Origin: Octopus sinensis
Lineage: Eukaryota
Assembly: GCF_006345805.1 (NCBI RefSeq)
Contig: NC_042997.1
Coordinates: 57,288,001 to 57,352,000 of the forward strand
Length of the DNA stretch: 64,000 bases
Reading direction: 5' to 3'
This document shows, in pieces, positions 13,324 through 23,630 of this stretch. The position numbers were made by a program, and so were the translations under genes. Below the pieces are notes generated by a model that did no database searches, had not been told where the DNA came from, and saw only the letters and a list, made by a program, of their open reading frames with translations. The first letter of the stretch is position 1, and each line of letters begins with the position of its first letter.

Positions 13324-13386
13324 TTTGAGTACGTCAACATTTCAAGATTAGCCAAATAAAATCAGCATTTCTTTCGTCAGCTCAAA
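13324..13386 (-). ncRNA. type I hammerhead ribozyme, second tandem copy (C15.2 to U, giving a U-G wobble in helix III)
   Basis: Identical to 12756-12818 except GAAATG instead of GAAACG. Confidence 0.8.
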
Positions 13387-13557
13387 ATTTCTTAATTTGG
13401 ATTTGGAAACACTAAAAAGAAGGATCCAGCCAATTATGTTTGCACTTGGTACAAGCTATAGGGTAATTAGCATACTAGAACTTACTTACCTATGCAAGTG
13501 AAGACTGGGCTCAGTGAACTTTGTGGAACCTTTATGGTTCAACGGAGGGGAAAGCAA

Positions 13558-13882
13558 ATCTGAAGCGACAAGTTCGCTGATAGGTAAAGTTCCTTCTTTT
13601 TAGTGTTTCCAAATCCAAATTAAGAAATTTTGAGCTGACGAAAGAAATGCTGATTTTATTTGGCTAATCTTGAAACGTTGACATACTCAAACGATCTATG
13701 TACTTGTGATATTTTTCTGTATTTACCCCCAAACCTTCGTGAGCTGTCTAGAGTAAACATTATCTGAGAGAAATTTTCTTTAAGTAGTAGAAATGCTAAG
13801 AAAATTTTTTTTGGCTGCTATTTCTACTAAGTTCAGTATGTGGCAAAGTAATTTATTTTACTAAGCCCTAATTATATAATGT
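13558..13882 (+). mobile_element. inverted partial third copy of the hammerhead monomer
   Basis: Reverse complement of about 12553-12889. Confidence 0.9.
13629..13691 (+). ncRNA. type I hammerhead motif, third copy (G16.2 to A, helix III mismatch, probably impaired)
   Basis: TTTGAG-CTGACGA-...-GAA-ACG(ttga)CAT-A-CTCAAA. Confidence 0.7.
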
Positions 13883-13889
13883 TATATAG

Positions 13890-13934
<45 letters not shown>

Positions 13935-14756
13935 TGTACACCTACACATAGACATACATGTTCGTACATCAGAGCTACAAGGACCATCTAGTTTTTCTTA
14001 TGGATGACTGATGACTTGCACTGTGTCTTTGTTTAAAGTGAAGAAGGATTATGCATGATCAACCTCACTCTTGTCCTTAACCATCCTCAATCCAGTGGCA
14101 AGAACAAGTGAAGACTCTGGCAATCGAAGTCAATGAAGTGGATAACCATGGTATCTTACTTGCCTCATCTTGCTATCTGCAAACTAAAATCCATTGCTTT
14201 CCCCTCCGTTGAACCATAAAGGTTCCACAAAGTTCACTGAGCCCAGTCTTCACTTGCATAGGTAAGTAAGTTCTAGTATGCTAATTACCCTATAGCTTGT
14301 ACCAAGTGCAAACATAATTGGCTGGATCTAATTGCTTGGAATAGACAAGAATAAGTATGTACTATCATAGAAGTCAACTACCATACTAATGTAAATATAT
14401 CAAAGATCAAAGAGAACTACAGACAACTGCCTTCAGCATCTATACCTGGATTATAAATTCACATTTATACAAATAATTGATGCACTTTGTTTTGCTAATA
14501 AATGCCAAAGTAACAATCTGGAAAAGCTGGGGATTTTAGAAAAAGAAAGCATCCAGTTAACACATAAATTACAAATACAATCTGTAAATAGAACAATAGA
14601 AATATGCAAGAGTTTCTTTCTTCAAGTTCACGATGCAAATTTTTTTTTGTTGTCTATATTCCTGCAACGGAAATTTGTATCTATGTTGGAAATCAACTTT
14701 TTACTTATAGAAAGGCTTCGAAAAATTTCAAAAATAGAAGAGAATACACAAACATG

Positions 14757-15156
14757 CAGGAGTGGCTGTGTGGTAAGAAACTTGCTATTCAACCACATGG
14801 TTCTGGGTTCAGCCTCAGTGTGTGGCACCTTGGGCAAGTGCCTTCTACTATAGCCTCAAGCCGACCAAAGCCTTGTGAGTGGATTTGGTAGACGTAAACT
14901 GAAAGAAGCCAGTCATATATATGTATATGCATATATATGTATGTATGTGTGCGTTTGTTATTTGTGTCCGTGTTTGTCTCCCCACTATCGCTTGACAACC
15001 GATGTTGGTGTTTACATCTGTAACTTAGTGGTTCAGCAAAACAGACTGATTGAATAAGTACTAGGCATACAAAGAATAAGTCCTGGAGTCGATTTGTTTG
15101 ACTAAAGGTGGTGTTTCAGCATGGCTGTAGTTAAATGACTGAAAGAAGTAAAAGAA
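14757..15156 (+). mobile_element. tRNA-derived SINE with CORE-like segment and internal microsatellite
   Basis: Head gtggctgtgtggtaagaaa...ggttctgggttcag, then gtggcaccttgggcaagt, tail gcatggctgtagttaaatgactgaaagaagtaaaaga. Confidence 0.85.
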
Positions 15157-15489
15157 TATATATATAAATATATATATATATATAACACAAAGTAAGTTAA
15201 GGGTTATGGGTGCAACCCACTAAGGGATAGTATTTATCCAAAGGTATATATGTATGATATTAAGTTTCTCATTTTGTTAAATGAATAAATAATTCAACAT
15301 TCTAATATCCAAAAGTTGATGAACAAACTAAATTGTTTCTCCATTTTCTTATTTATATTATATATATATATGAGAGAGAGAGAGACAGAGAGAGACAGAG
15401 AAAATAAAGTAGTCAGAATGTTGGATGATTATATATATTTATATATACATTTTATATACACTTTTAGCGCTTTCTTCATTTATTGGATT

Positions 15490-16080
15490 TAACAAAAAGT
15501 GGTTTAAAGTTAGATTTCTTGGCCTTTTTATATATAAAAAATTGTGGGGTTTGCCAAGCAAGAAAGAAAAAAGTTTGAGAAGGAGGGGGAGGTAAAGAGG
15601 CATGGCTTTTGTATGGGTATGGTCAGACTTGTTTGTTTTAGGATCCAAAACTTAGTGGCCTTTTGGGGTGGGGAAGGAAAAGAACTTTTGTATTTGAATT
15701 TATCAAGGTTTTTAATTGAAAAAAAACAGATGTAGTTTTTGACTTTCTTCAGTAAAAATTATAATTGCATTTCCATGTCTTGCTTCTTTATTCTTTTGTG
15801 TTCATTAATGTGGGGGAGGTGAAGAGGTGTAGTTTTTGTACTAGTATGGTCAGATTTGTTTAATTAGAATTCAATATTTCATGGTCTTTTGGGTGGGGAA
15901 GGAAAGGAATTTTAGTAGTCAAGGTTTTTAATTGAAAAGCCAGATGTTGCTTTTGACTTTCTTCACTAAAAATTATAATTGCATTTCCAGGTCTTGGTTT
16001 TTTTCTTTTGTATTCTACAAAGAATGGTAGTATAGATGTAGTCAACTTTTTTTTATTGAAATTCTAGATGTTTTTGATTT
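15490..16080. repeat. old ~225-bp tandem repeat, 2-3 diverged copies
   Basis: ggaggt.aagagg...tatggtcaga...ggggtggggaaggaaa...tttgactttcttca.taaaaattataattgcatttcca occurs at about 15585-15805 and 15812-16022. Confidence 0.65.
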
Positions 16081-16130
16081 AGCTATTTTTGAAAAAGTGA
16101 TTTTTTGAGTACACTATACACTCACATGGC

Positions 16131-16165
<35 letters not shown>

Positions 16166-16599
16166 CATCATCATCATCATCATTTAATGATATATATATA
16201 TATATATTGGAAGGTTTGGAGATGATGTACAGGTATTATGAACCATCCGATCTGATTACCTCATTTTTTCTAATATATATATATATATAAACACAACACA
16301 CACTCAAAGACATCTATATATGTACATGTTCATATTTGTGCACACATACACACACCACACATACATAAGTACACATGATTTTTTTTTTAATAATTAATAT
16401 AATTAAAGTTTCATCTCTGTAGCTAAATAAACTTGGAAAGTTTTGGTCATTTTAGCCACTACTCTTGATTTTTGTCTGAGTAATTGTCTTTCAGACTGCA
16501 AAATGAAATTTTAAAAAAGCAATACACAATGCTGTCACAATTATATTTCCAATCGTATATTTCTGGTTGACTACTTCAAAAACTATCTGTCATATCATG

Positions 16600-16780
16600 A
16601 TCATCATCATTATCGTTTAACGTCCGCTTTCCATGTGGTTGGACATTGGTTGGACAATTTGACTGAGGACTGGTGAACCAGATGGCTGCACCAGGCTCCA
16701 ATCTTGATCTGGCAGAGTTTCTACAGCTGAATACCTTTCCTAATGCCAACCACTCTGAGAGTGTAGTGGCTGCTTTTTTT
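16600..16780 (-). mobile_element. RTE 3' tail
   Basis: (cat)n cgtttaacgtccgctttccatg...cctaatgccaaccactctgagagtgtag. Confidence 0.8.
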
Positions 16781-16784
16781 TAGT

Positions 16785-17095
16785 TGAACAAATCAACTCC
16801 AGTATTCATTTTTTAAAATCTGGTACTTATTCTATTGGTCTCTTTTGCCAGACTACTAAACTACAGGGATGTAAACAAACTAACACTGGTTGTCAAGCAA
16901 TAGTGGGGGACAAATACACACACACACACAAATATATATGACTGGCTTCTTTGAGTTTCTGTCTATTAAATCTACTCACAAGGCTTTAGTTGTTTTGAAA
17001 CTATAGTGGAAGAGACTTGCCCAAGGTGCCATACATTGAAACTCAACTTGGAACTATAAATGATTGGCAAACATCTTACTACACAGCCATGCCTG
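16785..17095 (-). mobile_element. tRNA-derived SINE (family of 14757-15156), rearranged at its 5' end
   Basis: Shared body, and ttgcccaaggtgccat (reverse complement of the CORE-like segment). Confidence 0.75.
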
Positions 17096-17105
17096 TCCCT
17101 ATATA

Positions 17106-17149
<44 letters not shown>

Positions 17150-17861
17150 TATATAGGGACAGGCATGGCTGTGTAGGAAGAGACTTGCCCAAGGTGCCAT
17201 ACATTGAAACTCAACTTGGAACTATAAATGATTGAAAAATCCTTGAAAGTGGTGCCCCAGTATGGCTGAAGTCTAATGACTAAAACAAATAGAAGATAAA
17301 GAGATGAAGATAATACATATATACATACATACACACACACATATTTATATGCAAACATACACGCTTACGTATGTTTACATATATGTTCATGGATAAACAC
17401 TCACGCACATATGTCCATGTTGCTTTACACTTTGGTCTTACAGGGCTTTGTCTATGAATTCAAAGTAGTTTTCCAAAGTGTAAACCAACAAATATTCCTT
17501 TTTTATGCTATTGTACTTTTTCAAAGGTAACGAAAAGAAAGGAAATATTGGATAAAGTAATACTATATATATTATTTGAATAAAGACAGTTTGGTCATAA
17601 CTGGAACATCATTGACTAAAGATCTGCAGAATCAAGCCTGACCTGGTTCTAAACAACAGCTATATGTATGGAGTCTTATTGTAAATTTTCTCTTTAATGG
17701 GGGTTAAACTATAACTTATGCATGCATCACAGTCAACCTGCTGATCAAATCAGCAAAACTTTCTATTAACTTTTCAATTACTGATACTATCTGTCAGTTT
17801 TAACTCCTGGAAGGAATGTCACAATTTGTTTTGTTTTGATTTTGTTTTTTTTTCAATCCAG

Positions 17862-17982
17862 TGACAAGCAGCAGTATTTGATTTTAGAATGCACAAAGCT
17901 GAAACATATCACAAGGTCTACCACTAACAATTCTACCAATGCATCACCCTTAGTACTTCATCAGCCCCCAAAAAGAAGAAAG
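17862..17982 (+). other. candidate exon of unknown gene or pseudo-exon
   Basis: Long polypyrimidine tract plus CAG at 17825-17861, donor AAG|gtaaag. Open frame DKQQYLILECTKLKHITRSTTNNSTNASPLVLHQPPKRRK. No homolog recognised. Confidence 0.25.
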
Positions 17983-18786
17983 GTAAAGCTAACTTGAGTG
18001 AATTGGAAGGACAAAGACTCAGCTGCCACTTTTCTGGTTTTCTTACCTCACTTGCTGACCTGCTTCCTTTGTTTAACCAGCTATTTCCAAGAGATTTTAC
18101 TGAAAATGAAATTTCACACAATACCAATGAACTAATAAAGATGTAAAAACTAATATTGATTCTAGTTTTAAATATGTTAGATACTTCCTCTTGACAATAA
18201 GCATACACAGAAGAGTTAGTGTATATTCCGAAGTGATATATGAATGGCAGTTAATAGTGTTGGAATTACTGCCAAATATCTGTAATGCATTTGAACTTAC
18301 AATTTTTCAGATGGCAGTCCTATATCCAGCTAAGTTGAGTTTCATAAACTTTTTATTTTGCCATGTCTTCACCATTTCAAATTCTTTCATGTATGACTTT
18401 TCTAGATTTTGTTGGATTCTCTTTCTATCATCAACTCTGGTTATTTTTCTAAGTAATGAAGATAACCTCTCTTTGATTTTGTTATTTAGTTGCTGTTTTT
18501 TCCAACAGTTGTAATAGATCCTCTCACAGACGAGGGCATGTCCTGCCCTTTCCGCTACTCTTCTAGCTTTATATGAATCCACTGGTATCATTATATTCAA
18601 GCTAAGTAGTATTAGCTTTGAGTCTCTACATCTACACAGGAAAATTAGATGGTTTGAAAAACAAGCTAGTTTTTGCTGGAGTTTCTCTATATGTCTCCAT
18701 TGAAGTCTAATGTCGGCTCTGTACCAAATAGATAATACAATTCTTTATTTACATTTGACGGATATTTGTCCTTATCTTGTTTGTTG

Positions 18787-18832
18787 ATAACAATATTTCG
18801 GCTGATATACCCTCCAGCCTTCATCAGGTGTC
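18787..18832 (-). ncRNA. minimal hammerhead motif in PLE pLTR, decayed
   Basis: GACAC-CTGATGA-aGGCTG(gagggtatat)CAGCC-GAAA-tatt-gttat; core intact, helices I and III eroded. Confidence 0.6.
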
Positions 18833-19157
18833 TTGGAGAAATTTAAAACCTGGGTTCCTAAGGTATTTCTCGATGTTATTATTATCATCATCAATATCAT
18901 TATTATTCAGGTCACTGCCTGGAATCGAACTCGGAATCCTGGGGTTAGTAGCCTGTGCTCTAAACCACTACATCATATGCTCGTAGGCAATTATGGAGTG
19001 AGTTTTAGGGCTTATGAATCTAATATTTTCTATCCTTCCTTAATACCAGTTCCCACATACTACTTATATCTGCACTTGGTCTGCTTAGGAGGTTGTTGTG
19101 TCCTAGCATATGTGCTGCTTCTTTTAGTTTTCATATTTTCCAGTCATGTTCTGTCTA

Positions 19158-19224
19158 TCATGGCATAGTGGTTAAGAGCACGGGCTACTAACCGTAAGAT
19201 TCCGAGTTCGATTCCAGGCAGTGA
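19158..19224 (+). promoter_or_regulatory. tRNA-like head with A box and B box (Pol III type 2 promoter-like) inside the PLE pLTR; second copy at 18912-18976 on the minus strand
   Basis: TGGCATAGTGG (A box), gggCTACTAAcc anticodon-like arm, GAGTTCGATTCC (B box). Confidence 0.7.
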
Positions 19225-19290
19225 CCTGAACAACAACAACAACATTGAAAAATACCTTAGGAATGAGAACCCAGGTTTGAAATTTCCCAA

Positions 19291-19336
19291 GACACCTGAT
19301 GAAAGCTGGAAGGTATATCAGCCGAAACATTGTGTT
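19291..19336 (+). ncRNA. minimal type I hammerhead motif in PLE pLTR
   Basis: GACAC-CTGATGA-aaGCTG(gaaggtatat)CAGCc-GAAA-CATT-GTGTT. Helix I GACAC/GTGTT; helix III is a presumed palindromic ACGU mutated to ACAU. Confidence 0.7.
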
Positions 19337-19949
19337 AACAACAAACAAGATGAGGACAAATATCCATCAAATGTAAATAATGTACATAATTCCTCATCTC
19401 TTAAATATAGAACTGTATTCTGCATTAGTTGTATGAGTATCAGATGAGTACAAGAACTAAGAAAGTTAGTGAGTTGTGAAGTCATTGAAAACAATAGGTT
19501 CATAGAAGGGTGAAGTGACATAGATATCTTCAACCAAGGGAAGAGATGCGGTCAAAGAGTTGATGGTGGTTGGAGGAGTTGTGATAGAAGAAGTAGATGC
19601 ATTTTGAAGAGTGATGGAAGTATATTTTGAGCTAGAAGAATTGATAGTCTCCATTGCCGATATCCTGATGAGTAAGTAATAAGATTGGAATTGATATCTG
19701 TTCAGACACCATACAGATTTAAATATAGTCAGCACAACAGAAATAGATTATGACTAAGGATTGAAACTTGAACTTAAGCTAATAAAACACTTACAAATTA
19801 TGAAATGCTCCTGATTTCCACAATAGTAAACTATGTTACTACAAAGGTGTTCCATAAGTAATGTTGGTAACTGCTGCCACACCCTCAAGATGACTTGCAT
19901 TTACAATGAGCAAAAGTTAAGCAGCATAATTATGGTTACAAGGGGGCGG

Positions 19950-21125
19950 GGCCTTGACCCAGTTATTACTTGAGTAATTTGTAAAACTTAGAGCCAACTA
20001 CAACAGAAGTCCTCAGCTAAGAGTAAACCACTGTACCTCATGTCAGTTGATCTGGAGAAGGTTCCACACACACACTGTAGTTTAGTGATCCCTAAGAAAA
20101 CTAAATGCACATAAATGGCTCATGAGCATTGTGCCAGGTTGTGTATAGAGATGCCATCAGCAAGGTAAGAGTTGGCAATGAGTTCAGAGGCAAACTTAGC
20201 ATGCAAGTAGGAGAGCATCAAGGCTCATTTACTAGATCCCTTCGGTTTATTGGAACATAAAGAGAAGCAGAAGACTGAGTGTTCATGGGAACTCTTGTAT
20301 GCTGATGACCTAATTCTCAGTTGAATCTGTAGAAGATTTAAAGAAGAAATTCAAAACCTAGTAAAATCTACACTTAAAGTAAACCTAGCAAAGACAGAAG
20401 TTTTTACATAGTAGGAAAGAAGATGAAGCTCAACTGCCAGCAGACAAATTGCCAGGTTCAATATGCAGAAAATGAGTTGGTAGAAATTTCATACAAGTGT
20501 CTAATGTAAAACAAATGAACAAGTGGCATAGGATCACAGACAGACTGTGAAAGAAGAGAGAAGAGTAGGGGAAGGTAGATTTCATATGTGGGAAATGCAT
20601 AAGAGCAGTTAGAGTACATATGAAATACATTCCTTCTAATGCCCAGGAGACTCTTCAGAAGTTGTTGATAGATCTTGTTAACCTCGCTAATCTAATTAGT
20701 AGTGGCAAAATCTGATTAATAGAGGAGATGCTCTGAAAATATAGCTACAAAAGTAAAAACAAGATGGAAAGAGGTCAGGAAGCTATTACCTCTGCGTGAA
20801 ACAAAGAGTTTTTCTTTTAGAGTGAAAGCTAAACTGTATGATGGTTGTGTATGGAGTGTGATATTGCATGACAGTGAAAGATGAGCCTTGAAAGCAGGGG
20901 TTTTGTAACTGCTAGAAAGAGGTAAGTATGCTACAAACGAGCACAAATGAGTTAAGAAAAATATCTGGATATAAGGGGGATTGAATGTAGTGAGCAAGAG
21001 AAAAGACTATACTGATACAGGCAAGTGATGTATATTGTGAATGTTACTTGCATAAAGATATGCCTTAGTGCTCCAAACGATTGGAACCTGTAAAAGAGAT
21101 CTTAGAAGACATGGGAAGTGAGAAA
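19950..21125 (+). mobile_element. heavily decayed RTE LINE RT fragment
   Basis: Remnants of DLEKV, WELLYADDL, KVNLAKT, LRVKAKLYDGCVWSVILHDSE. Confidence 0.75.
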
Positions 21126-21341
21126 GACTGATTTCAAGAGTCCAAACCTAAATATTCTTGTGAAGCTTCTATATTCCACCCTTCTCTTCTCTTTGTTACC
21201 TTCTCCCCTTCACCCTACTTCCCTAACAGCACTAACTGCCATCATGCTGCCTATGTAACACGAGATGGGACAATGTCTGTATTTGATCCTTCTATTACCA
21301 TTCTTATTTATTGCTAACCATCTCTGTCTCTCTCATATATA

Positions 21342-22252
21342 TTGGGTCATCCCATAAATAATGCGTTTTTTTACACTTCTTTTATTTTTCAAGATTAAGA
21401 TAAGCAAGATACATTTTTGATTTAAAAATACTCCATTTTCTACAATACTCTCCCATCTATCTGGTAGATTTGCAAGGCCCCCTCTTCCAAAATTTACTTG
21501 TCTGTGACTAAAAATACACCTCCAGTACTGTTCTGACCTCATCTACAGAAATCATATTGTTTCCGTCCAAATGGTTTTGAAGACTGCGGAATAAATGATA
21601 ATCAGATGGGGCAATGTCTGGTGAATACAGTGGGTGGGGTATCGTTTCCCATTCAAGCAGCTCCAGCCTTTGGAATGTCATCCTCTCTGTATGTGGTCAA
21701 GCATTATCCTGATGGAAGAACACCTTTCATCTTGAAACCAAAGATGGTTGTTTTATTTCTAGCACAGGTGTCTAAATCCAAGCTCCTCTGCTAGTTTCTC
21801 GACAGTCACAACAGGATTTTGTTCCACCAGGGTTTGCAGAATGTCCTTATCAAGCTCTACAGATCTTCCAGGACAAGGTTCATCTTCTAGGCTGTAGTTT
21901 CTGGCTTGGAATTTCTGGAACCACCATTGACACCAGCTTACACCTATTGTCCAATCCCCATACACTGCATTAATATTCCTCGCACTTTCCATCGCGTTGT
22001 TGCCTTCATTGAACTCAAAGCAAAATATGCCTAATATGCCTAATATGCAAAATGTTCCTTTGCTACTTCCATTATAGCTTTGAAAAAATAACTTAAAAAT
22101 CGAACAGCATTCTTCAAAACTTGCACAAAGAATAAAGACATGGTAAAATTACTACTTGCTTTTATAGCAAAGTTGATGCAGGTAGTTTATCTCATCTCCC
22201 TCCAACTTAGTTCGTGCAACTGAAAAAACTGCATTATTTATGGGATGACCCA

Positions 22253-22253
<1 letters not shown>
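21342..22253 (-). mobile_element. internally deleted mariner element with both TIRs
   Basis: TIR ttgggtcatcccataaataatgc / gcattatttatgggatgacccaa, TA on the left. N-terminal HTH (WFQKFQARNYSLEDEPCPGR) is fused to the C-terminal FHQDNA...YSPDIAP region. Confidence 0.9.
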
Positions 22254-22291
<38 letters not shown>

Positions 22292-23459
22292 AGAATTGAA
22301 AAATTCATGTGCTCAAAAGGGTTACGAAATGTCATAATAAACTTTAATAGGTATGGGACTAGCATTGTTGCTCAAAAATATTGGAATCACTATATATTGT
22401 ACATTCTGTGGTATCTTAAAACAAAAAGAGACTCATGTGTGAATTACAATATCATGATAATTATAAACTGAGTTCTTAATATAAAAATTCGAAAATGTAC
22501 AAAATATGATCTTTAACTTCGAATAAGTAAATTCATTATAATACTCTTAACCAAAGTATATAAAAGACATTTCAAACTGCATGAAAATTACCATGATAAT
22601 AAAAAAAAAAGCTGGATTTATGATCAAGTCAAATCTATATAACAGCAAAGTACAAAACTGAAATAATTATAAGCAAAGACAGTTCCCATTATGATACACA
22701 TATTAATGGAATTAGTTATGCAAATTAAACAAATTATTGCTAAACTATTTTTGGTTGATTACTTGTAAATTTATAAAAATTATCATTCATAGATTGAATT
22801 AAAATTGAGAATATGATAATTTAACTTATTTTTTAATATAACTTAATTTCAATGAACTAGACAAATTTCTTGTGATAAAAGGATGCCACAGAATGTACAA
22901 CATATAAGTGATTCCAATATTTTTGAGCAACAATGCTAGTCCCATACTTTTTAAGGTTTATTGTGATATTCTGTAACCCTTTTGAGCATGTGCACTTTTC
23001 AATTCTAGTTTTGTACTTTTTAAGGCAACGCTTGTAATGTTTTGCACAGGTACTGTATTTCTCCTGATGGAGTGGCAGCTAATGGGTGTACATTTGTGTG
23101 TGTGTGTGTGTGCATGCTCGCTCGTGTGTGAGTGTGTGTTGTGCATGTGTGTGCATGCGCAAGTATGTTCTCATATAGTCCCACAGATCTTGTTTAATTT
23201 AGCTTAAAAATTAATAGAAATCAATGTCATTTATATTTCTTTCTTTCACATTTCCCTTGATAAATAAATAGTAAGTGTTAATTTACATTTCTTCCTTTTC
23301 TCCATACATGTTGCAATATTTAGGCTCTTTGATGCATGTTGCAATATTTTGGCTCTATGGTGGTAAAAAAAAAAAAAAACCACATGGACTGTTATGACTA
23401 ATATAGCTTTTTTGATGTCGATCTCATTTTCTTCTTGGAAATTTACAAATTTTACATAC

Positions 23460-23630
23460 ACATATGCAGCATTCCCATAACTTAGCAGTTCAGCAAAAGA
23501 GACCAATGACTAAGTATCAGGCTTAAAAAAAGTATTGGAGTCAATTCTTCCAACTAAAAGATTCTCCAAGGTGGTGCCCCAGCATGGCTGCAGTCTAATG
23601 ATTGCAACAAGTAAAAGAAATAAAAAAAGA
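23460..23630 (+). mobile_element. SINE 3' portion (family of 14757-15156)
   Basis: cataacttagcagttcagcaaaagagacc...gtgccccagcatggctgcagtctaatga. Confidence 0.7.

Larger units (their letters stand above)
12470..13424 (-). mobile_element. ORF-less hammerhead-containing tandem repeat (1.7 copies of a 567-568 bp monomer); retrozyme or Penelope pLTR-type element
   Basis: 12470-13036 and 13037-13424 are near-identical direct repeats, each with a hammerhead core on the minus strand. No ORF in the monomer. Confidence 0.85.
18310..19420 (-). mobile_element. Penelope-like element remnant: GIY-YIG C-terminus, pLTR, ORF N-terminus, with an inverted pLTR at the 5' side
   Basis: 19157-19020 reads EHDWKI*KLKEAAHMLGHNNLLSRPS...W (GIY-YIG end). 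About 18700-18310 reads NHLIFLCRCRDSKLI...YKARRVAERAGHALVCERI...EKSYMKEFEMVKTWQNKKFMKL (PLE N-terminus). 18750-18976 and 19158-19378 are inverted repeats. Confidence 0.85.

Noticed and set aside
19158-19224. Functional tRNA-Ser(ACT) gene
   Set aside because: Acceptor and T stems are mispaired, the ACT anticodon is atypical for eukaryotes, and it lies within a PLE repeat. Treated as a tRNA-derived module.
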